64,000 bases of DNA from Mobula birostris (taxonomy: Eukaryota). The translations under genes were made by a program, and so were the position numbers. The notes beneath the pieces are model-generated. The model was not told where the DNA came from, did no database searches, and was given only the letters and a program-made list of their open reading frames with translations. Of this stretch, positions 26,301-38,300 are shown piece after piece (position 1 is the first letter of the stretch; each line of letters begins with the position of its first letter). The stretch is from contig NC_092387.1 of the NCBI RefSeq assembly GCF_030028105.1, forward strand, positions 20,221,590-20,285,589, written 5' to 3'.

Positions 26301-29300
26301 GAGTCATGCACTTCAGAAACAGGCCCTTCGGCCCAACTCATCCAGGCTGACCAAGTTGCTCAACTGAGCCAGACCCACTTTTCTGAGTTGGCCCTTATCC
26401 CTTTGAATCTTTCCTATCCAGGTGCATGTCCTTTTTAAATCTGTTGTGTCTAATGTGACATGGGTAACGAATGTTGTGGCTCATGTGACGTAGTGTGCAC
26501 CCTTTCAGAGAATGTAGCATGTGAACAATTGCTCTGTGAATGCACTGCAACCAGTAGTCTGAAACAAGGTTCTAGAAAGTCAGTCAATGGGAGGGTCCTT
26601 GGGAGCGTTGCAGAATAGAGGAACCTAGGAGTACATGTACATGGTTCACTGAAAGTGCATTGCAAGTAGACAGGCTGGTGAAGGCTTCTTGGCATGCTGC
26701 CCTTTATCATTCAAGGCATCCAGCATGGAAGTTGGGTTGTTACTGTATATTGAGCTGTACAAGACGTTAGTGAGGACATATTTGGAATAATGTGTTCAGT
26801 TTGATTACCCTGCTATAGGAAAGATGCTATCAAGCTGGAAAGAGTGCAAAGAATACTTACGAGGATGTTGCCGGGACTTGAGGGACTGAGTTACGGAGAG
26901 TTCTTTCATTGGACAGTAGAATGAGTAGTGATCTTATAGAAATGTACAAAAAATGATGAGGGGCATAGGTATGGTGAATGCACATAGTCTTTTTCCCAGG
27001 ATTGGGGAATCAAAAATACAGGGTATAGGTTTAGGATGAAAAGGGAGAGATTTAGTTGGAACCTGAAGGGCAACTTTTTCACCTAAAGCAGGGGTTCCCA
27101 ACCTTTTTAATGCCATGGACACCTACCATTAACCAAGGACTATGTGGATCTCAGGTTGGGAACCCCTGCCCTAAAGGGTGGTCTTTATGTGGAATGAGCT
27201 GCCAGAGGAAGTGGTTGAGAGAGGGTTGTACATTATCAACATTTAGAAAGCTGGTTGGACAGGTACACGGATAGAGAAAGCTTGGAGGGTTAAGGGCCAA
27301 ATACAGGGCAAGTGGGACTAGATTAGATGGGAATCTTGGTCAGCATAGACCAGTTGGGCTGAAGGGCCTGCTTATGTGGTGGGTCAGTTTACTGTGTGTC
27401 TCCATTACTTGCTGCAGCTGTGTTCCCATCGGTTTGGACTGAGTGAATTTGTCGCTCTGTGACATGTGGTCGAAGGCCGAGTCTGTGTGGGCGGACCAGT
27501 CAGATTCATTGTCAGATGGCCTTAGGTGGAAGGTTGGACCATACCTGGAAACTGAGCTGGGGATAGTCCACCATTCCTCCAAACCAGGAGAGTGCTGCAT
27601 TCAAAAACGCCAGAATAGCTAAAAATGCAAGTAGGTTCACAGCAATGTTAGCAATCAGACCAACAGAGGCAGAGGCACCATTACTTGCAGCTTCTAGAAC
27701 ATTCTGTTCTTCACTGAAGAGGAATAAATAAGAAAAAAATGGTTACTCTCATTTTAGATTAAAGAGCATAGAAAATGAAACAATGGAAAATCGGTAAATT
27801 GAAAGGAATTTCTTCGGCCTTTCATAATGATACTAGCCACTGTTAGACTCGGTTCCTTTCCCTTTCTCTGGGGCCCTTTCTTTAGTCCTCACACCTCAAA
27901 TCTACAGCTTCAGTTCTGTCGAGCCTCTTGGCAACACTTAGTATGTTATTGGGCTTGGATTTTACAATTTCTAACTAATAAAACCCAAAGCAACATCAAG
28001 AAATGAAACACAAGAGGCTGCAGATGTTGGAATCTGAACACGTAATTTGCTGTAGATTGGGCAGTATCAGTGGGGGGAAGGAGGGTCAAAACCCTGTATC
28101 AGTCTTGATGCAAGGTTTCATCCCCAAACACTGGCAACTTCTTTCATCTCATGGATGCTCCCTGACTCACTGAGCTTCTGCAGCAGGTTGTAACACCAGC
28201 AAAGGTCTAAAATACAAATAGAAACGTTGAGCAGTTCAGGCGTGCCTTCCACTGATGGAAAGAGTTTCAGTCAGGCTGTCTGCTCCTCTCATTATTAAAC
28301 TCAGAGTGAGTTGACTCTGAGCTGGGAAGGTGTTTTAACTAAAATAAAAGAAAAGAAAATGCTGGAAACACTCAGCAGGTCAGATAGTATCTGTAGAGAG
28401 AGATTTAAATTTGAAGCCAAAGACAATCCATTGGAATATGTAGACTGAGCCTTTAGTCTATTTCTTTTTCTTCAGAGACTAAGTACTTCAGCATTTCCTG
28501 TTTTTATTTCCATCTTCCAGCGTCTGAGCTTCTTCCTTGATTTCTTCTGGGCGCCTCCTCTACTTAGGAAGCTGCTGCTTGAGCCAGTAAGCGAATAGCA
28601 AGTCCGCAAACTTGGTTTTAACTCCAGTGCTGGAGAGAGCACGTTGAAATCTCCTCCCTATTGTTAACTTAAAGCTGTATTAGCCAGGTGCAAGGTGAAA
28701 GCTTATGGTCTGGAAATCGGTCTTCAGAGTACCTTCATTGCAGTTAAACACCAAGTACTCTGTCTTTTTAGCGTTTAGGTGAAGTCCACCTTTATTGCAC
28801 TCAATTTCCACTTTTGTCAGTAGATGCTGTGCTTCCTCTATCTGGTCAGAGAGCAGGACTATGTCATCTGCAAAATCGAGATCTGTGAGTGTAACTGCTC
28901 TGACCCTTTTGGTTCACCCTGGTTTTATGGTAAAACCGAGCTTGTCATGATCTTTGGTAGCTTGATGCAGAGCGTAATCAAGGACGATTATAAAGATGTA
29001 GGGTGCCAGAGTGTCTCCTTGCAGCACACCAGCTAGGAGCTCGAACACTGCTGTTTCTCCGTCTGGTGATATAGCTTTCGCCATGGTCTTGATATAGCTG
29101 GACTCTGTTGCTCTCAGTAGATGGTCTGGCACTCCGTGAGCTTTCAGGATCTTCAGCATTTTACCTTGGTGAATGGAGTCAAAAGCTTTGCGAAAATCGA
29201 TGTAAGTAAGCATGGCTGGTAGGTTGTTCTTCTTGACTTCCTCGATGATCCTACAGAGAGCAAGTATTTGCGCTTCTGCTGAAAACCATTCTGATTGAAT

Positions 29301-32300
29301 CTTAGCTTAGGGTCAATGGCGGTGTGAATCCTGTTCAAAATCATCCGATTGTATAACTTTGCTAAGATGCAGGTCAAGCTGATACCGCGGTAGTTATCTG
29401 TCTTCATGAGGGATCCACACTTGGGGACTGGGATAACGTTTGAGAGTGACCATTGTTCTGGTTTGTCGCCTTTCATCAGTGCCGTATTACATATGTCCAG
29501 CAAGATGTCGTCCAGGTCGCAGTTCTTCAGGACATCTGGTTGTGTCCCATCTGGTCCAGCGCTCCCGCCCTGTTTGAGTGCATATTTGGCCTTCTTCAGT
29601 TCCTCAATGGTGAATAGGCTGTCATCGATATCAACGTGGGTATGTCCTCTTCTTCTTCTGATATCATTGGAGGGCTTCCCAGCAGGCTCTTAAAGTGGGT
29701 AAACCATGTATAGACATGGTCCTCTGCTGTTTTACCACTTATTTGACCTGATGGGGACTTCTTCTGTCTACTGATCTCATTGACTAGGTGCCATGCTTCT
29801 CCATGCTGCATGTCTTCATTAGCATCCTCTATCTCTCTAATCCTCTCAGCTAGTTCCTCTTCCTTCAGTCGGTCATCAGTGGCAAAGAGATTCTTCTTTG
29901 CTGTCTTGAACTTGTCTCTTAGCTCTTCTGTTTCGCTCCTTCTAAGTTCGGCATGACAAGCATTGACCACACTTCTTGCTGCGACGATGTCAGGATGTTT
30001 CGAGATCCAGCTCTTCTTGATTCGCTTCACAGTAGGCAAACTCTTTGTTGTTTCTATGTGTGCATCTATGAGCCATTGATAGCGGTTGGTGGCAGTCTCT
30101 TCCTCCCCGCTTTCCAGTGGGCCGAAGCGATTTCTCACCTCCACTGTGTACTGGGCTTGAAGAATAGGTTGTGAGGAGAATGCCTTCCAGTCTATCTTCT
30201 CCTTGGGACCTGTGGCTTTGGGTTGCCGCAGGCTCAGCCTCACTTGCATTGACACTACTCTGTAGTCAGAACTGACCGAGTTGAAAGCGCTGTAGGCTTC
30301 TGTGTTGATCACACAATTACGCCATTTTGTTCTTACGAGGATGTAATCGAGCTGTTTCCTGTAGATGGAGGCTCTGTTTTCATATGTCCACAGTTTACCA
30401 GCTCGCTTCTTGAATTGTGTGTTGGTGGCAATGAGACTGTGTTCCTGGATGAAATCAACTAGATATTGTCCATTTCTGTTGGTGAAGTCTTGGTATAAGT
30501 ATGGAACATCTTCCAGTCCGACCTGGGCATTAAAATCGCTGAGCACAGCCAGGAAGTTATGTGCCAGTATTGAAGTGACAGCTTCGTGAAGTTTACTGTA
30601 GAAGGCCTCCACCTCCTTCTCCTCGCTGCAGTTGTGCGGGGAATAACAGATGATGACAGAAGTCACCGGGTTTCCGTCGAATTCCGCAGTAAGGATTCTG
30701 TCACTGACTGAGACGACGCCCCTCAGTGCCTTCTTCGCCTTGCAGTTCAACATCAGCCCTACTCCACCTTGTGCTGACATCGTCGTCGGCTCTCCCCATG
30801 CGGATGAGGTGATGAGGTGCATCCCCTCTACCTCGGTGAATCTTATCTCTTTGTCAGGGTGTACATGACGGTGTTCTTGGATCCCCAGGATGGAGATCTT
30901 GTAGCTGCTTGCCAGTGATGCCAACTCTGTGCATGGAGGCAAGAGGCGGATGGTGTTTGCCTTGAAGGTTGAGACGATTGTTTTTACCTTACAACGCAAA
31001 AGAGGCACAGTTCGCTCAGCTCCCTTGTCAGACTCAACCCTCCCCGTGGGGTTTGAGGTTGCACCTTCATACTGCCTGTCTAGGCCAGGGTCTGGGCGTT
31101 CCGCAGAGTTCCTGAGCACTCCCAGCTCTGGAAGTATAGGGTTTGTTGGCTTGTCTGTCATCATAATGCCTTACGAAGCGCGAAACGAAAGACTGTGTGG
31201 CGCGCCACTCCTCACACAGACAGTAGGTAGCCGTTGACTCACAAAGAGTTCATCCACCCTTTGACAGGTTTTGTTTTCAGTCCTGCTGGGTGCCTACACA
31301 CCCTCCTCCCTGGTTAACCGAAGTGCACCAGGGGGTGTGCCAGTTGAGCTGCCGACAATCTGACCCGAGACAGGTAGTACAGGTAATATGAGGATAGGCC
31401 CATTCTGGTTAACCTCTCCAGTTTAACCCAGATTCCTATTTGTGGTTTTCTTTGGGCTCATGGACGGTGGGTGGAATTTCTGCAGAGGGTTTTTCTCATG
31501 TCCCACTTTGACATCAATAGGAAAGGAGCATTATACAATCACATTAAGGTGATAAGTCAGGAGAATCCCTGCAGCAATCTTACTCTGAGGTGTCTTGACT
31601 TTAAACCATGTCAGGCAGCCTGGACTTGGTTTAATGTCTTTCTTTCTTTTTAAATCTTTTTATTAATTTTTCAAAATTATAAACTCAATAACAAAGTTGG
31701 TACAAAGAGATTGGAAAAATGTTCATCAGCATATATAAAATGAATTTTAAGTAACATAGATATAAAAGACTTCCAAATTCATAATAAGATTAAACATTAA
31801 AAAAGAAATAAAAAGAAAAAAAAATATATAAACAAAAAAAACCCCAAAAGAAAAAGAGAAAAAAAACCCAAGAAAAAAAAAACAGGGCTAGACCAGGTTT
31901 AATGTCAAGAATTAAACCTATAGCCCACTCCATCCTAAACCTGGTATTGTGATGTGTTATTCTGGAGGATTTTGATCATGAAATGAAGGTTCTGAGCACA
32001 TTCAGTGCAGGGCTGATCTTACATACCTCTTATCAAGTTTTATTCCCTCTTCGGTCTTGAACTTGGATTCTTCCAGCTCAGGGTAGCTGAGTTTTGAAAG
32101 GGCGAGTGCACATGGTGCTGCCATCACAGAGGCTGCAATCAGATTGGATGCATTAATCTGGAATACAAGGTGAGAATGTCAGCTGACTGAAGCAGTTAAT
32201 CGAGAAGAGCAACTAACATAAAAAAGTCCAAGGCAATTTCTTGGAAGATATGTTCTAGGATAATTCTTCACACATGAGAAGTATTTATTAACTCTCCAAA

Positions 32301-35300
32301 ACTTTATGTTCACAAGTATATCCATGAGTACCTTACTATTCAATGTTACAAAGTTTGGTGCTACCCACAGTATATCCAAGGGACCTCCTGGGAAGTTGAA
32401 CCCTTAGCCAGATGAGGGTAATTAAGTAGATCTACTTGGGAGTTCTGCAGACTCCACAAGGAATTCCTGTATTTGGAGGCAGAGAATGAAATTGCCCTTT
32501 GGGTCTCTTTTAAATCTTCCTCTCACTTTAAACCTGTGCCCACTAGTTTTTGAGTCCCTCTCCCTTGGAAAAAGACTGAGTACAATTGCCCTACCTATGA
32601 CTTTTATGAGGCCATAACATCACCCCTGACTCTCCCGTGCTCCAAGAACAATAGTCCTTGTTGCGACTACATGTGAGCTGGAATGTTGTCTTGGTATATG
32701 AGCAAATACCACATCCCCAACTCTTGCACTCTATAACAAATACACACAGGAATAAAAAGTGTTAAAGCTCTTACAAGCTCATTTGATTGATTGTTTTATA
32801 ATATCCCTATCATCCTTTTCCTCTTGTGATCCTAATTCATATTAATGACAGTAATTTGGAGAGATGGAATCATGGAAACAACTCGATCATACCAACCAAC
32901 ACGACCATCCAGGCTAATCCCATTTGCCCAAGTTTGTCCTGTATCTCTTTAAAACTTCCCTATCCATCTCTTCATTTCTGTAGAAAAATTTGCCAAGAAT
33001 AATCATGGTCATGGAAAGACCATGATCACCCACGTCATACGACACAGCAGATAAGGAACAAACGGTCTCTTAAAACTACTACAACTACAACTACTTTCTC
33101 TGGCACCTCTTTCCTATGCACACCACCCTCTGCATGATGAAGTTGCTCCTCGGGGTAATTAAGTAGATTTACTTGCGAGTTGGGAAGAATTCTGCAGACT
33201 CCACAAGGAATTCCTGCATTTGGAAGCAGAGAATGGGCTTTTTTAAAGGATATGTCATGAAGAAGCTACTCTCAGGCCCCTTTTAAACCTTTCCTCTCGC
33301 ACCTTAAACCTGTGTCCTCTAGTCTTTGAGTCACTTTCTCTAGGTAAAAAGGTGGTGTGCGATCATCCTATTTATGGTCCTTATGATTTTACAGACCTCT
33401 GTATGGTCACCCCTCTGTGTCCTATGCTCAAAGGAATAGAAAGCAAGCCTCCCCAGCCCCTAGCTATAACTTAGGCCCTTGAATTCTGGTAACATTTTCA
33501 CAAATCTTCTCTGCATTTATGTATCGTTAGCAAGAATCATTTTGTTTTACAGTCATCAGAAATAGTAGTGAGCGGTGAGTGGTGGGGAAATAAGTACTCT
33601 AATGAACAGCCCATAGGTAAAATAATAATCTACCCTCCTAGTTGGATGTGGGGCTATCCAACCTTTCATGTCTGTTCTTTCATTTAAATTTTGACCAGAC
33701 TAATTAATCTTAAAATACTCATTCACTGTCTACCTGCCTTTATTTCCTAACCCTTTGCATCAGGAACCAAGAAGCTACGCAGTTTTGACCTGTGGAATTG
33801 AACATGTTTTTGGGCAGTGACTTCCAGATTTCTGCTGTCGCATCTATGAAAGGTTTGAGAGAAAGGGACAAGGATTGATGGGAATTAATGCAAAAAAAGG
33901 AGCTTCAAACTGACACATACTTACCCCAAAGGAGATGTAGGCTCCCAGAACACTGCCAGCGATGGTGGCAAATCCTCCAGTCATAACAGAATGTATCTCT
34001 GACTTGGTCATTTCTGACAAGTAAGGCCGGATGAGAAGAGGTGCCTCTGTCTGAAAAGAAATATTCCCTCATAGTTGTTGCAAGATAGCTGTTTGGATGA
34101 AGGGTTCTGTTTGCAGTATGTCCTATAAGATTTGTTACCTAACTGATCATATCATATCAGTGATTTTTGCAAATATTGTTTTGTTGTTCCTGACTGACAT
34201 CCAGTGGCATGGAAGTCTTGTGTCAGATCAATGATGATTTCAAGAATGGGAGATTGTGTTGGCAAAACCAAAGAAGATTGGGGTGAGTGAAGGTACAACC
34301 CCTGTTAGACCATAAGATCATAAAACATAGGAGCAGAATTAGGCCATTTGACCATTGAGTCTGCTCCACGATTCCATCCTGGATGATTTATTATCCCTGT
34401 CAACCTCATTCTTCTGTCTTACCCCCATAATCTTTAATGTCCTGACTAATCAAGAACCTATCAACTTTAATCTGCTTTAAGTATACCCAATGACGTTGGC
34501 CTCCCCAGCCACCTGTGGCTGCATTGAAGAGATTGTCTGAGCATTGGAGTTCAGTGGTGGGCTCAATGATGCACTGAGAGACCATTTAGTCTGTGGAATC
34601 TTACAAGAAAGCATTCAAAAACAGCTCCTAACTGAAGCACAACTCACATTTAAAAGAGCAGTTGAAATCACTGTATCAATGGAAACCACAGTTAAAGGCG
34701 CAATTGAGTTGTAGTCAGGAATAAAAGTGAGCGTGAACAAAATTGCAACATCTAAACAGAAGGTGATCTGGCAGAACAATTTGTGCTATCATGGTGGCAG
34801 GGGCTCACATACACCAGCCAGGTTTTGAGGTGTAACTTGCAGAAAATGCAACAGAGTAGGACACAAATAAAGAACATTTTGGGCAGACAAAAATAAATGG
34901 ACTGTATATGTCACAGTACTACCACATGATAAGAGCATGTTTAGATTAGATAATGAGGACGCGCAGTCCTCTTTTATTGTCATTTAGTAATGCATGCATT
35001 AAGAAATGATACATTATTCCTCCGGTGTGATATCACAGAAAACAGGACAGACCAAGACCGGAAAACTAACAAAAACCACAGAATCATAACGTTTAGTTAC
35101 AACAGTGCAACAATACCATAACTTGATAAAGAACAGGCCATGGCACAGTAAAAAAGTTCAAAGTCTCTTGAAAGTCTCACATCTCATGCAGATGGGAGAA
35201 GGAAGAAAACTCTCCCTGCCATGCCCGACCACAGTCTGACTCTGGGTCGTCCGAAAACTTTGAGCTCTGATCAGCCCTCCGACACCGAGTACCGAGCACC

Positions 35301-38300
35301 ATCTCTGCTGAGTGCTTCGACCGCAGCCTCGGTCACCAGCAGCAGGCAAAGCCAGGGATTTTGGGGCCTTCCCTCCGGAGATTGTCGATCGCACAGTAGC
35401 AGCGGCAGCAAACCGGGCATTTCAGAAATTTCTCCAGATGTTCCTCTGCTTCTTACGTCTGTCTCCATCAAATCAGAATTGTGTACGGCATCCTACTTAA
35501 CAAATATGATATAATTTCACCAGAGAGCTGTGGGCGCTGCGTCGCGTTGCCATCTTCTCCTTCCGCCACCAATGGGATGTCATTTACTTTAGCATGTCTT
35601 GCTAAAGTAAAGAACAAACTAAGACCCATTCTCCTGGACTCCTGTCTTTTTATTGCAATTAGTCTTTACGTTTTGAAGTTACTACACATAAAAAACAGCA
35701 AATTAATTAACACTGAAATGGACACTGGCTTGGCTGTTCAAGTCATTCCACAAAATGAGTTTGAATGACATTTCAAAGATACTGAACTGAAGCCTATAGA
35801 TACCCAATTAAGAACTTATAATGGAGAAAAGATAACTCCTGTGAGCATGACATTTGTACCCGTGAAATACAACAACCAACGAGCCATACTTGGCTTGTAT
35901 GTGGTAAAAGCAGATGGACCAGCATTGTGAGGATGTGATTGGCTGAGACAACTACAACTTGATAGGAGGTCCATTCACCGTTTGCATGCCACATCGCCTG
36001 CAATAGGGTCAGCTGAAATCGAATTAAGAAATATACTGGATGATGCCAAAGCAGTGTTCATAGTCATAGTCATAGTCATACTTTATTGATCCCGAGGGAA
36101 ATTGGTTTTCGTTACAGTTGCACCATAAATAGTTAAATAGTAATCAAACCATAAATAGTTAAATAGTAATATGTAAATTATGCCAGGAAATAAGTCCAGG
36201 ACCTGCCTATCGGTTCAGGGTGTCTGACCCTCCAAGGGAGGAGTTGTAAAGTTTGATGGCCACAGGCAGGAATGACTTCCTATGTCACTCTGTGTTGCAT
36301 CTCGGTGGAATGAGTCTCTGGCTGAATGTACTCCTGTGCCCACCCAGTACATTATGTAGTGGATGGGAGACATTGTCCAAGACGGCATGCAACTTGGACA
36401 GCATCCTCTTTTCAGACACCACCGTGAGAGAGTCCAGTTCCATCCCCACAACATCACTGGCCTTACGAATGAGTTTGTTGATTCTGTTGGTGTCTGCTAC
36501 CCTCAGCAGATTGATGGCATTAGAAAACTCAAACACATTGAGGTCAAATGAAAATGCTAAACCCGAAGTCTTATAAAGGCCATCTGGTTCCTTATACTAT
36601 CCATGATAAAGTAGCCAGTGAGTGAGAGCGCATGGAGTATGAAGGAATTCTTTCCAAGTTTGAATGGAGCCCATGGGCAACACCAGTGATCCCAGTAGGC
36701 AAGAAGAATGTGTCTGTCAGGATCTGTGGTGATCTTAAGGTCACAATCAACTGAAAGTAGATCAATACCATCTGCTCAGGATAGAGGATATCTTTGCAAA
36801 CTTTTCTGGAGGATAACACTTTAGCAAAGTGGACTCAGCTGAGGCCTACCTACAGTTGGAGATGGAAGGAGACTCCAAGGTGTTTCTCACCATAAACACT
36901 CACAAAGAGCTTTATCACTATAATAGGCTTATTTTTGGAGTAGCTTCTGCACCTGCACTCTGGCAGAAAGCTATGGACCAGGAGCTGCAAGGCTGCCCTG
37001 GCGCTCAGTGTAACCTGGATGACATCATTGTTATCAGTAAGGATGACAAAGAACATCGCCAAAATATCAAGGTAGTGTTAAAAATATTAGAAGATTATCG
37101 GCTCAGATCACAATGCAACAAGTGTGAATTCTTTAAACCAAGCATCACTTACTGTGCTTAGACCATCGACGCACGAGGGTTACTAAAAGTGTTGAGAAAA
37201 TTCAAGCAGTGATGAGTGCCTCAAGGCTAAAGGACATGTCACAGTTGCAGTCCATTTTACTATTTGTCAATTACTATTACGGATTCCCACCAGAACCTGG
37301 CTACTGTGCTCAGCTCCTTGAACTTACTACTACAGATTGGGAAGAAATGGAAATGGACGTAGCAGTGCAGATGGCTTTCCGAAAGACAAAGGAAATGGTG
37401 ACATCAGACACTGTACTCAACATTATGATCCACAACATCCAGCGAAGCTTGCCTGTGACACCTCCTTTTATGGTGTAGGTGCAGTCATGTCACATGCTAT
37501 CAGTGATGGAAGTGAATGCCCATAGCCTTTGCATCCCGTTCCCTTACTGCTGCAGAGAATCGTTACGCACAGATTGACAGAGAGGTGATTCCACAGATTC
37601 CAGGGTTTAGCTGGAGTGGTCCCTTTAAGTGTCAGGACAATTCTGCTAATTGCCAATCACATTTTGGGCACCGAGAATTGCGCATTTAAAGAGCACCTGA
37701 ATAGAGCCTTGATGCTCAATAGTAAGCCCTACTACTGATATCATCTAGTGTTTGTTTTGTGCTCAGTTCTCAATCCAGTTTCAAACCATGTCTCAGTCCT
37801 TGTTTCAGATACTCCAGCATTTGGGTCCAAACCATCCTCGTGAAGGACTCTCGTCACAGTAGCATGGACCCAGCAGGGTCAGGGTATCAGAGTCTTTCAT
37901 CCACTGTGACCAGCCACAGCAAGAGGATTTCCAGACAGAGCCTGGAGCTACACGACCTCCAGGTAGCCGTTTGTCAACTTTCGCAAGAGGGAGGTCAGAG
38001 TCGCTTGGGGGAGGCAGCTGGTTGCTCTGCAGAATCAATACATCTTCCAAACCCGGAGAGATTGGACAGTGACCTGGATTCCTGCTGCAGCTTCCCCATT
38101 CAATGCTCATTAGTGTTTGAACTCCAGCTGCTCCGGTTCCCTTCGGTGCACGGAAAGGCAACCTTCGTTATCTCTCTTCTGACCAGGAGAGCCCTGGCCT
38201 GGGCCACCGCGCGTTGGGAATGCAGGTCAGAGATTTGCCCAGATTCGCAGGAATTCAGGACCGCCATGAGGAAGGTGTTCTATTATCCCACCAGAGCAGA

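Noticed and set aside
28505-28720. Possible 5' end of another LINE abutting the RTE break
   Set aside because: Too short to assign without a database search
29596-31164. 522-aa ORF as a host gene
   Set aside because: LINE endonuclease domain continuing by frameshift into a broken RT
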